Shown here: piece by piece, positions 52,791 to 64,000 of the stretch
Numbering within the stretch: the stretch's first letter is position 1
Layout of the letters: each line of letters starts with the position of its first letter
Assembly: GCF_030684315.1 (NCBI RefSeq)
Contig: NC_081390.1
Location: 21,641,291-21,705,290, forward strand
Origin: Stegostoma tigrinum
Lineage: Eukaryota
Length of the DNA stretch: 64,000 nucleotides
Direction: 5' to 3'
Notes under the pieces: model-generated
The model's input: the letters and a program-made list of their open reading frames with translations, nothing else
What the model was told of the DNA's origin: nothing
Databases searched by the model: none
Made by a program: the position numbers and the translations under genes

Positions 52791-54454
52791 CAGCTTTAAA
52801 GATTTCATGTGCATTCTCAAGACATTGCATAAAATTTAAAATTTAAACACAAACACAGGGAAAATAGTAAGATCTTGGCTGGTAATAGAGGAGCACTAAT
52901 GGGGACAGTCTTTACCGGATCTCCTGTTGGTTGGAAATGAATGCAACATGAAGGATAAACAAAAGCAAAGTACTGTGGATTATGGAGACCTGTAATCAAG
53001 TCAGGAAATTGAGAAATTCAGCATATCTGAAATTAAAATGGAGAGAGAAATCAAGTTAACATTGAGTCCGATATAACTCTTCAAAGGAGAGTTAGTCAGA
53101 CTCGAAATATTAACTGTTTCTCCCTCCAGACGTTGTTAGACCTCGAGTTTCTTCAGCTCTTTGTTTTTATTTTATGACATGATTCACACCACTCACAGAA
53201 GAAATTCTGCAGGAAAGAAAAGAGAAGCAAACTTGGACTAAAACCCAGAAAACCTTCTGTAAGTGTGATCATCAAAGATTTATGTTGTTACTTTTTTCAC
53301 AGGAAAATATTTTAAGTGCAATTTAAAAATTGGACTCGAGATTCAGAGCCTGAACGTAGCTGCATTAGAAAAGGAAAGTTGTTGCATGGATACAATATGG
53401 AATTCCCCAAAACATTTTTGGCTCATAGTGACATCATTTTGTTTTGCATGTGCTGTGTGCTTCCTTTGCCTGGGAGAGCCCAGTGTTGATAATGCACTTA
53501 AACACTGAACAGCACATCTTTGCCTTGGAATCAACTCAACTGGAAAATAAAAATACACACATGAAATAAATAAATGGAAAGACAAACAGGGAACACTCAG
53601 TACTCTATATTCCTCTTAAGGGGTTTTAACACGTAAAATTAATCAGTTGGAAACCATGGGTGATTTGCTGGTGGTGGTCAATAGATGAAATAACAATGTG
53701 GGTGATTTTGTTTTGCTCCATCACCCAATCAGTTGTACGGAAGAATATTTCTAGACATAAAAAAGTGGTAACACTCACCGCATCCGACTGACATAATTTG
53801 AAACCAATCTGCAGGGTATCTGCATGGCTGACATGTTGAAGCACCTCAGAAAGAGAGGCATAACTTTCTGTTTACAGCTCCAGCTTCCAGTTTGTGGCTA
53901 AGACCAACCCATCTCTTCTCATCAAATCAGCAACATGATCTGTCAGAAAATATAATGGCGTTAAACCCCATGCACAAACTGCCCCCCAAAATCAGCAAGG
54001 GAGGTGTGAAAGGATTACCTGCCTGACTGCCCTATCAGGTACACCTTGCCTTCCAATCATGGCCTTGCTCAAAACAAGACCCTACAGGCGAAATTAAATA
54101 TTAAGCTTTTCCAAGCCTCCCTATTTGCACACATTAATTTGTATCAAAACCAATTTGCATCATTGATTTGCTAGATATTCATTTTCCAATTGTACCTTGC
54201 TGAAAAGAGCGACACAATGGAAGGCTTTCATCCTGCACTTATCAGGACGAATACAAGAATACGTAATTTTAACAATTTATTCCACAGGGGAAAGCGTACT
54301 AATTGTTCGGCAAATCAACTGATTGGTCAAATTGCCATTGGGAAGACAACATGGAGATTGCCTCAGCAACTGTCCCACTTCTCAGCAATATTCAAGTTTA
54401 ACACGAACACATGGCCGCTGATTTATAATTGGAAAACAACCAGATCAGCATCTG

Positions 54455-54660
54455 TGCACAAAGTGTGGAGCTGGATTAACACAGCAGGCCAAGCAGCATC
54501 TTGGGAGCACAAAAGCTGACGTTTTGGGCCTAGATGAAGGGTCTAGGCCCAAAACGTCAGCTTTCCTGCTCCTGAGATGCTGCTTGGCCTGCTGTGTTCA
54601 TCCAGCTCCACACTTTGTTATCTCAGATTATCCAGCATCTGCAGTTCCCATTATCTCTGA
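54455..54660 (+). mobile_element. Fold-back PLE-derived insertion
   Basis: Near-identical to the 32312-32537 family; inverted arms around tagatgaagggtcta. Confidence 0.85.
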
Positions 54661-54837
54661 TCAGCTTACATAAACCTTTCTTTGAATGGGATCAAATGCT
54701 GCCAGCTTCCCCATTTTGTGCTGAAGTGCCAACTTTCAAACAACCCTGGCTGCAGCAAACCACAGATCAGACCAAATTCACCAAACATCCTCAGGCTACC
54801 GGTGTACTGTGAGGAACGGATTGCAATGAGGGAGATG

Positions 54838-56610
54838 GTGCAGACCGGGGCGGGGTTGGGTGGAGCGGGGCGGGTCAGACGGGGCTGGGGTGGTGTGGGG
54901 GTGGTCAGACGGGGCTGGGGTGGGTCAGACGAGGGTGGGCTGGGGTTGGGGAGTGTCAGACGGGCGTAGGGTGGTGGCGGGGGGGGTGTCGGTTGGGGTG
55001 GGGGTGGGGGTGGGGGTGGGGGCGGGGGTGTCGGGTGGGGGGCGGGGGCAGGGGGTGTCGGGTGGGGGCGGGGGCAGGGGGTGTCGGGTGGGGGCGGGGG
55101 CGGGGGTGTCGGGTGGGGGCGTCGGGTGGGGGCGGGGGCGGGGGTGTCGGGTGTCAGACGGGGGCGGGGGTGTCGGGTGTCAGACGGGGGCGGGGGTGTC
55201 GGGTGTCAGACGGGGGCGGGGGCGGGGGCAGGGGGTGTCGGGTGTCAGACGGGGGTGGAGGGTTTCAGACGGGGGTGGAGGTGGAGGGTGTCAGACAGGG
55301 GTGGACGGGGACGGGGACGGGGGGGGGGGGGTGTCAGACAGGGGTAAACTGGGATGGGGGTGGACTGGGATGGGGGTGGGGGGGTGTCAGACGGGGGTGG
55401 ACTGGGGGGTGTCAGACGGGAGCGGACTGGGGTGGGGTGGGGTGTGTCGGGTGGGGTGGGGGTGGGGGTGGGGGGTGTCAGACGGGGCTGAGGTGGGGGG
55501 TGTCAGACGGGGGTGCGCTGGGGTGGGGATGGGGGTGTCAGACGGGGTGGGCTGTCAGACACGGGGTNNNNNNNNNNNNNNNNNNNNNNNNNNNNNNNNN
55601 NNNNNNNNNNNNNNNNNNNNNNNNNNNNNNNNNNNNNNNNNNNNNNNNNNNNNNNNNNNNNNNNNNNNNNNNNNNNNNNNNNNNNNNNNNNNNNNNNNNN
55701 NTGGGCTGGGGTGGGGGGGTGTCAGACGGGGCTGGGCTGGGGTGGGGGGGGGTCAGACGGGGCTGGGCTGGGGTGGGGGGGGGTCAGACGGGGCTGGGTT
55801 GGGGTGGGGGGGGTCAGACGGGGCTGGGTTGGGGTGGGGGGGGTCAGACGGGGCTGGGTTGGGGTGGGGGGGGTCAGACGGGGCTGGGTTGGGGTGGGGG
55901 GGGGTCAGACGGGGCTGGGTTGGGGTGGGGGGGGGGTCAGACGGGGCTGGGTTGGGGTGGGGGGGGGTCAGACGGGGCTGGGTTGGGGTGGGGGGGGGTC
56001 AGACGGGGCTGGGTTGGGGTGGGGGGGGGTCAGACGGGGCTGGGTTGGGGTGGGGGGGGGGTCAGACGGGGCTGGGTTGGGGTGGGGGGGAGTCAGACGG
56101 GGCTGGGTTGGGGTGGGGGGGAGTCAGACGGGGCTGGGTTGGGGTGGGGGGGAGTCAGACGGGGCTGGGTTGGGGTGGGGGGGAGTCAGACGGGGCTGGG
56201 TTGGGGTGGGGGGGGTCAGACGGGGCTGGGTTGGGGTGGGGGGGGGGGTGTCAGACGGGGCAGGGCTGGGGTGGGGGGGTCAGACGGGGCAGGGCTGGGG
56301 TGGGGGGGTCAGACGGGGCAGGGCTGGGGTGGGGTGGGGGGGTCAGACGGGGCAGGGCTGGGGTGGGGTGGGGGGGTCAGACGGGGCTGAGGTGGGGGGG
56401 TCAGACGGGGCTGAGCTGGGGTGGGGGGGGTCAGACGGGGCTGAGCTGGGGTGGGGGGGGTCAGACGGGGCTGGGGGGGGGGTCAGACGGGGCTGGGGGG
56501 GGGGGGTCAGACGGGGCTGGGGGGGGTCAGACGGGGCTGAGCTGGGGGTGGGGGGGTCACACGGGGGGTGGGGAGGTTCAGACAGGGCTGGTGTGAGGGG
56601 GGGGTGGGGG
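54838..56610 (+). repeat. G-rich minisatellite, ~30-bp unit GTCAGACGGGGCTGGGTTGGGGTGGGGGGG with variants
   Basis: Direct reading of tandem units; regular after the gap, more degenerate (GTCGGGT variants) before it. Confidence 0.95.
55568..55701. other. Assembly gap (134 N)
   Basis: Run of n inside the minisatellite. Confidence 0.99.
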
Positions 56611-57400
56611 TGAGGTGACAGCCGGGCCTGGGAATCCGTGCAGGAGGCCTCAACCCTCCGCCCGAGTCGCCTTCTACAAACCAAACCCCACAACCCTTTA
56701 GGGATTTTTTTTACCGAAACGTCCCGTGTTTGACCCTCAGAGACAGCCATAAACCCGCAGCTGTTACCCGGGGCAACGCAGCTCCCCTTATCCCTACTCG
56801 CTGTCGACGAGAGGGACTACGCAACAAGATGGGTCCCCTAAACTCTTCACACAACATAATAACATTACGTTTAAAAATTAGCGGCTTTATATGTTAAGTA
56901 TGAAATGAGTATTATTGGGTTTCCTGATGTTTTAATAATGGTGATTTACATGTTTACAGCGTCCCGGTGGTCATGTTGACAGGTGTCGCCTCGCAGCGCC
57001 CCTAACGGTTGGAGGTCACGTTAACAGCCGTCGTCTCGAGGAACACGGATTCGAGCGCCCCCGCGAGTCTCGGAGGCCAGTCTGCGCGGCGTCCACGTCG
57101 TTGGTCGCAAGCGCAGGCGAGCGTTGTCCTTGAGCGCCCCCCGATGCTCGGAGGTCGCGTTGGCCGACGATCCGCGGAGAATGTGAGAATTTGCACGTCC
57201 AGGATCGAAGGAGGATGGTGGGAGAGAGGGAGAAGGCGGGTTTTGGGAAGGAGGCCAAGGGGCTTGAACGGGCCTGTGGCCGAGGGAGGCCCGCCTCTCT
57301 GGGCCGCCGGGGCTGAGGCTAGAGGAGGAGGAGGATTGAGGCGCAGAGAAAAGAACTGAGGTAGGAATCTGGCTGCACTCAACATCAATTACAAAACTGT
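56600..57400. promoter_or_regulatory. CpG-rich, probably bidirectional promoter (NUDT13 on -, a second gene on +)
   Basis: Strong local CpG/GC enrichment against an AT-rich background; minus-strand donor (TTTCG|gtaaaa, exon end 56715) and plus-strand donor (CTGAG|gtagga, exon end 57360) point away from each other. Confidence 0.7.
56763..56777. promoter_or_regulatory. RFX X-box-like motif GTTACC-CGG-GGCAAC
   Basis: Matches GTNRCC(N0-3)RGYAAC inside the CpG-rich promoter. Confidence 0.45.
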
Positions 57401-57654
57401 CAGATAATGCCCTTAGGAGATGGAATAAGTATCAACACGTATTTTTCCAGTTTTTGGATCATAAAAAGTTGAGAGAGCATCTGTCACTTTACGTTTTGAT
57501 TTAGGTGTTTCTCATTCAGCTTTTGAAAAAGTCCTTTTTTGTGATTTTATTTTAAACAATTTCAAGGCAGGCTCTGAATCCTTCAGTTTGGACACTCCTA
57601 ATCCTGTAAACACGTGCAGCTTCAGGTTGAGGGGCATAATGCAGCATTTTCATA

Positions 57655-58250
57655 GTGTCCTTACAGTGTGGAAGCAGGCCACTCAGCCCATGGAGTCCAC
57701 GCTGGAGCCTCCAAAGTACATCCCACCCTGACCCGCACATCTGCACAATCCCTGTAGCCCTGCATTTTCACATGGCGAACCCACCTAGCTACACATAGAG
57801 TCAGAGAGGTGTACAAGCATGGAAACAGACCCTTTGCTCCAACTTGTCCGTGCTACTATCCTAAATTAATCTAGTCCCATTTGGCCCATATCCCTCTACA
57901 CCCTTCCTATTCGTGTACCCATACAGATGCCTTTTAAATGTTGTAGTTATACAGCCTCCACCACTTCCTCTGGTAGCTCATTACGGACACACACCACCCT
58001 CTGCATTTAAAAGGTTTCCCTTTACGTCTCATTTAAATCTTTCCTCTTTCACCTTAAACCTATGCTCTTTAGTTTTGGACTCCCTTGCCCTGGGGGAAAA
58101 TAACTTGAATCTTCGCCTTGTCCGTGCCTTTATAAACTATTCTGTGGGGAGGCAATCTACACTCCACACAGACAGTTACTTAAAGGTGGAATCGAACCCA
58201 GGTTGCACTGCCACTCTGAGGCAGTAGTACTAACTACTGAGCCACCATAC
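57655..58250 (-). mobile_element. V-SINE interrupted by a CR1 3' tail fragment (~57795-58135)
   Basis: SINE tail at 57655-57793, head (ctccacacagacag...taactactgagccacc) at 58150-58250; CR1 3'UTR between. Confidence 0.6.
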
Positions 58251-59847
58251 TGACCAAAATTTAACACTCTTCATACCGTACAGGGTTATACTGCCATGAA
58301 AGAATTTGTATTCTAGACTGAGGATGACTTCCCTGTGCCTTTGGTAAGCATCCAGTATCCCACTGGTAGTAGATTTTTATTACCACTGTGTGACTTACAG
58401 CTACTTTATAAAAAGAAACCTATTATCTTGTTTGTTAACACTTAGCTAAATTCTTTAGTTTGTGCAGGCAATTGGAATTCATTTATACTTGTAAAACAAT
58501 CTTGAAGTGTTGCAAAAGATCTTTAGCTGTGATATTTGACTCCAGAATGAAGAGAGGACCTATCAAGCGATAAATTGAATGTCAAAGCCAGGAGGTGAGT
58601 AGGAGCATTAGAAATAGGAGCAGTTTTAGGCTATCTGGTTCCTCAAACCAGCTCCAGTGTTCACGATGAAAAATTTGTATTGAATCTACTTTTCCATGCT
58701 TTTTCCAGATCCTTAATTCCTTTAATGCTCAAAAATCCATCACTCTTAGCCATGAATTTTTGTTTTAATTCACTCTTAGGACATGGATGTCACTGGCTGG
58801 ACCACATTTATTGCCCATCCCTTGTTGCCATTGAGGTGGTGCTGAGTTGCCGCCTTGAGTCACTGCAGTCCACATGCTGTCGGTAGATCCACATTCTGTT
58901 AGCGAGGGAATATATTCTGGACTCGGCATCCACAGCTCGTTGCGATAGAACATTCCAGAAGATTCACAATCCTGTGAAAAAATATTTCCCCACCTCAGTG
59001 GCCAATTTCTCATTCTGGGAGTATAGCCAGTACTAGACTCTCCAGCCTGTCAAACTCTCTGAAAAATTTTTAGTGGGTTCATCTGTCATTCCTCTAAACT
59101 CCATAGCATTTAAGTCCATTCTGGTCAATAAGCAGCAGGGAGAGAAAGGTTAAGGTTATGGCCTGATAGAAATAAGGATCATGGTGATGGGTCTAAAAAG
59201 GATGTGAACTCAGAGGGTAAGAGGCCCAGATTCCTGATGCAGTGGGAGGTAGGAATGAATGTGCAGCACATTTTTTCTTTGCAACAATGCTTATTTCTTT
59301 CTGAATGACTCATTCTGGTCCTTCTCATTTGAAGTCCTTTGCAGTTTACCATATATGTTACCGTTCACTCAGAGTCCACGTTGCTGTTGCAACAAGCACT
59401 TTCACATCCACGTTGTAGTCTGGAGCAATGGGTAATGATGGTATAGACTCCAACTTTCTTTCCATCACATGGCTGACCAGGAAATCTCCTGTTTTTACAA
59501 ACTGCCATTTGTCAGAAGGAATTGCAGGTTGATAATCAGCTTGTTAGTCTGTGTTATGAACACACCTTCTTTCCTTGACCCATCGAGTCATGGGATGGGA
59601 CTCAAACCTGGAGCTCATAGCTCAGAGCAGGGATGCCCTGTCCGATTACTCATGTTCTTCACTAGCATTCCTAGACTCCCATTCTTTGATACGTGTATCC
59701 TATAGGTATCAATTTTTGCCTATGCTCTCACAGTTCTTTTTGTTCATTTCATGGCCTCTGGGCATCGCCTTTCTGGCCCATCGTAGTTTCCCTTGAGAAG
59801 GGGGTGGTGAACTGCCTTCTTGACTCACTGCAGTCCAGTTGTAGAGA

Positions 59848-61960
59848 CAGAGAACAAAGAAAATTACAGCGCGGGAACAGGCCCTGCAGCCCTCCAAGCC
59901 TGCGCCAATCGAGATCCTCTGTCTAACCTGTCATCTATTTTCTAACGGTCTGTGTCCATTTGCTCCCTGCCCATCCATGTACCTGTCCGGATACATCTTA
60001 AAAGACGCTAACGTGTCTGCGTCTACCACCTCCGCTGGCAACGCGTTCCAGGCACCCACCACCCTCTGTGTAAAGAACTTTCCACGCATATCTCCCTTAA
60101 ACTTTCCTCCTCTCACTTTGAACTCATGACCCCTACTAATTGAGTCCCCCACTCTGGGGAAAAAAGCTTTTTGCTATCCACCCTGTCTATACCCCTCATG
60201 ATTTTGTAGACCTCAATCAGGTCCCCCCTCAATCTCTGTCTTTCTAATGAAAATAATCCTAATCTACTCAACCTCTCTTCATAGCTAGCACCCTCCATAC
60301 CAGGCAACATCCTGGTGAACCTCCTCTGCACCCTCTCCAAAGCATCCACATCCTTTTGGTAATGTGGCGACCAGAACTGTACACAGTACTCCAAATGTGG
60401 CCGAACCAAAGTCCTATACAACTGTAACATGACCTGCCAACTCTTGTACTCAATACCCCGCCCAATGAAGGAAAGCATGCCATATGCCTTCTTGACCACC
60501 CTATTGACCTGCTTTGTCACCTTCAGGGAACAATGGACCTGAACACCCGGATCTCTCTGTTCATCAATTTTCCCTAGGACTTTTCCATTTACTGTATAGT
60601 TCTCACTTGAATTTGATCTTCCAAAATGCATCACCTCACATTTGCCCAGATTGAACTCCATCTGCCATTTATCTGCCCAACTCTCCAGTCTATCTATATT
60701 CTGCTGTAATCTCTGACAGTCCCCTTCACTATCTGCTACTCCACCAATCTTAGTGTCATCAGCAAACTTGCTGATCAGACCACCTACACCTTCCTCCAAA
60801 TCATTTACATATATCACAAACAACAGTGGTCCCAGTGGAACACCACTGATCACAGGTCTCCAATTTGAGAAACTCCCTTCTACTACTACTCTCTGTCTCC
60901 TGTTGCCTAGCCAGTTTTTTATCCATCTAGCTAGCACACCCTGGACCCCATGTGACTTCACCTCTCCATCAGCCTGCCATGGGGAACGTTATCAAACGCC
61001 TTACTGAAGTCCATGTATATGACATCTACAGCCTTTCCCTCATCAATCAACTTTGTCACGTCCTCAAAGAATTCTATTAAGTTGGTAAGACATGACCTTC
61101 CCTGTACAAAACCATGTTGCCTATCACTGATAAGCCCATTTTTTTCCAAATGGGAATAGATCCTATCCCTCAGTATCTTCTCCAGTAGCTTCCCTACCAC
61201 TGACGTCAGGCTCACCGGTCAATAATTACCTGGATTATCCTTGCCACCCTTCTTAAACAAGGGGATAACATTAACAAATCTCCAGTCCTCCGGGACCTCA
61301 CCCGTGTCTAAGGATGCTGCAAAGATATCTGTTAAGGCCCTGGCTATTTCCTCTCTCGCTCCTCTTAGTAACCTGGGATAGATCCCAGCCGGACCTGGGG
61401 ATTTGTCCATTTAATGTCTTTTAGGATACCCAACACTTCCTCCTTCCTTATGTCAACTTGACCTAGAGTAAGCAAACATCTGTCCTTAACCTCAACATCT
61501 GTCATGTCCCTCTCCTTGGTGAATACCAATGCAAAGTACTCGTTAAGAATGTCACCCATTTTCTCTGACTCAGCGCATAACTTTACTTCTTTGTCCTTAA
61601 GTGGGCCAGTCCTTTCTCTAGTTACCCTCTTGGTCTTCATATATGAATAAAAGGCTTTGGGATTTTCCTTAACCATGTTTGCCAGCAATATCTCATGTCC
61701 TCTCTTAGCCCTCTTAATGCCTTGTTTCTGACTCTCCCTACATTCCCGATATTCTTGCAAAGCTTTGTCTGTCTTCAGTCGCCTAGACCTCATGTATGCT
61801 TCCTTTTTCCTCTTGGCTAGTCTCATAATTTCACCTGTCATCCATGGTTCCTTAATCTTGCCATTTCTATTCCTCATTTTCACAGGAACATGTCTCTCCT
61901 GCACGCTAATCGACCTCTCTTCAAAAGCCTCCCACATATCAAATGTGGATTTACCGTCAA
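59848..61960 (-). mobile_element. Relatively young 5'-truncated CR1-type LINE, nested in an older repeat
   Basis: ORFs 61365-61970, 61219-61410, 60958-61215, 60113-60961 (ISKFADDTK) and 59931-60152; the flanks 59760-59847 and 61961-62310 are two halves of another repeat. Confidence 0.95.
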
Positions 61961-63429
61961 AGACATCCACAGTGCTGCTAGGGAGGGATGTTGACTCACC
62001 AGAACTGAAAGAATTTTCAGGATGGTGTGTGACTTAGAGAGGAAATTGCAGGTAGGGGTGTTCCCATGTATCTGTTGCCTTTAAATTTCCAGGTGATAGT
62101 GTGTGAGTTTAGAAGGTGCAGTCTCAGCAGCCTTGGTGAATTCCTGCGGTATGCCTTGTAGATGGTACACACTGCTGCTACTGAGTGTCATTGGTGGAGG
62201 GAGTGAATGTCTGTGGATGTGGTTTTAATCAAACAGGCTGAATTGGCCTGGATGTTGTTAATCTTCTTAATTGTTGTTGGAGCAATGTTCATCAAACTGA
62301 GTAATCCATCACGTTCACAGTAATGTTAATCTTTCCAGTTACAATACAGCACATTTTGTAATCTTGCATTCGTATTTTGAAATGTGATCAAAATTTCAGG
62401 TTTGAGTGCCTTTCAGATCCATCTCTTTCATTGGCAGGATTATGCTGTAATGTGAATCCTACCCTGAAATATTCTTATAAATTGTAATGGACTTTGCCAA
62501 AAAAAAGTCCTGTGACTTGGCAGAATGATTGTATAGGTGGCAGTGAGAAAATGAGAGGAACAGAACCATTGTTAAGGTAACTGGAATAAAAAAGAAAGGA
62601 AAATGAATAATGGTGCAAATACTCAAAAGGCCAAGCAGCATTCGCAGAGCGAGAAATAGAGCTATGGTGTTGGTTGAGGACCTTTAATCAGAACTGTTCT
62701 GACAGTAATCTGAAATGTTACTTTTCTTCCTCTATCCATAGATGCTGCCATCATTTTGCTATTTTTAGTTTACATTGTATTTTTGTTTGTCCTGGGGGCA
62801 ATAGAATAATGAGTTTATCAAAGGAGAGGATTGACCAAGTGTACGCAAATAAGTAAAGAGGACATGGGTTAATTGCAGCTATGGACGGACCAACCTGATG
62901 ATCGTCCAGTTGCCTTTGGAAGTTGAAGTATTTTCCAGAGATTTTCTGTTCATGCGTTGTGTTTATTTCTTTATCTCTCCATTCATTAGTACTAATGATT
63001 TAGATTGGGACTCAACATGGATAGGGTCAAAATTATTGGACTTTCGTAATTCCTTTCCCGTTTTTGCATTATCAGTTGTATCAAGGTACTAGTCCTCTAT
63101 CAGAATAGTGCTGGTGTATCATCAAAAGTAGTTAATGTACTCACACATATAAAAGTTTTTAAGACTAAGCTTTTATTCGAAAAGTATGGGTTCAATATAT
63201 ACACAAGTAGCATTTTGGAAAGATTGAAATCCATCCCTTTCCTTTGCCTTGCTCTCGTAGAGCTGCTAGATCAGAGACCGAACCCGCCAACTCCACACCC
63301 AAATGTAGCGCAAAAGGTGCCAAAGAACATGCATGACAGCAGGGACTGAACAGCTGCCTTCATTGGTGTACTGTTGTGTAATTCTAGCAAGTAAATATGC
63401 ACCAGGGTGAGGTTAACTGTAAAACCAAA

Positions 63430-64000
63430 AGACGTAAGAGCAGAAGTAGGCGATTCAATCCATCAAGTCTGTTGCATCATTCAATAAAATCAGGGCTGAT
63501 TTTATAATCCGCATCTCCACTTTCATGTCATTTCCCTACATTACTTGATTCCCTTAATGATTAAAAATTTGCCTATCTTAATGACCCAGTCTCAACAGCC
63601 CTCCGTATTAAAGAATTCCACAAGTTCGCTACCTGCTGCGAGAAGGAATGCCTCCCTACCTCTGTCCTTAGTAGTTAATTGCTAACTCCGAGATTATGTC
63701 CTCTGACCATAGATTCTCTAATAAGTGGAAACAACCTGTTTGCATCTATCCTTTCAAGACCCCTGATAATTTTAGATGTTATTTTATAAGGTCACCTCTC
63801 ATTCTTCGAAACTCTAATGAGTACAAGTACAATCTGTCATGAGAAAATCTCTCCATGTCTGTGATCAACCTTGATTAACTGAGAGCCATCTCTGGACTGC
63901 CTCCCATGCCAGAGTATATCTCCTTTGATAAGAGGACCAAAACTATTCACAGCATTCTAGGTGTGGTTTGTCTAGCCTGTTATATAGCCTTAGCAAGACC
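63430..64000 (-). mobile_element. Old CR1-type LINE 3' fragment, runs off the window
   Basis: agcagaagtaggc tail and ggaccaaaactattcacagcattctaggtgtgg (PHLEY..F reverse); similar to 44110-44650. Confidence 0.7.

Noticed and set aside
54838-56610. Regularly spaced GTCAGAC as a CRISPR-like array
   Set aside because: Intervening sequences are near-identical G-runs, not unique spacers; no cas genes; eukaryotic context
54860-56613. Long Gly/Trp-rich ORFs (578, 465, 366 aa)
   Set aside because: Artefacts of a stop-free G-rich tandem repeat, read through an N gap
57002-57388. ORFs of 80-128 aa in the CpG island
   Set aside because: GC-rich stop-poor sequence; no recognisable protein similarity

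Overview
Intron-rich vertebrate genomic DNA, not prokaryotic. The repeat content (CR1-type LINEs, V-SINE/HE1-like and Deu-domain SINEs, Penelope-derived fold-back elements) points to a cartilaginous fish, probably a shark. Reading splice sites by hand gives three spliced protein-coding genes. (1) The last 10 coding exons of ECD (ecdysoneless), + strand, 886-19974. (2) A complete 3-coding-exon, 327-aa, highly divergent SLC35D-family nucleotide-sugar-transporter gene, - strand, 23958-29154; it lies between ECD and NUDT13, which as I recall are direct neighbours in human. (3) NUDT13 (NudC-type NADH pyrophosphatase), - strand, 39106 to about 52.8 kb, with a CpG-rich, probably bidirectional promoter at about 56.6-57.4 kb whose + side may be the non-coding first exon of P4HA1 (synteny inference only). 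Notable non-coding signals: many short palindromic, TSD-flanked insertions carrying hammerhead-ribozyme-core-like sequence (CTGAnGA...GAAAC-GTC) and linked to a decayed Penelope-like element; a ~260-bp inverted duplication with promoter-like motifs upstream of the SLC35D-like gene; and a ~1.8-kb G-rich GTCAGAC minisatellite, containing an assembly gap, next to the promoter. All homologies are recognised from memory of the protein and repeat families, with no database searches; repeat boundaries are approximate.
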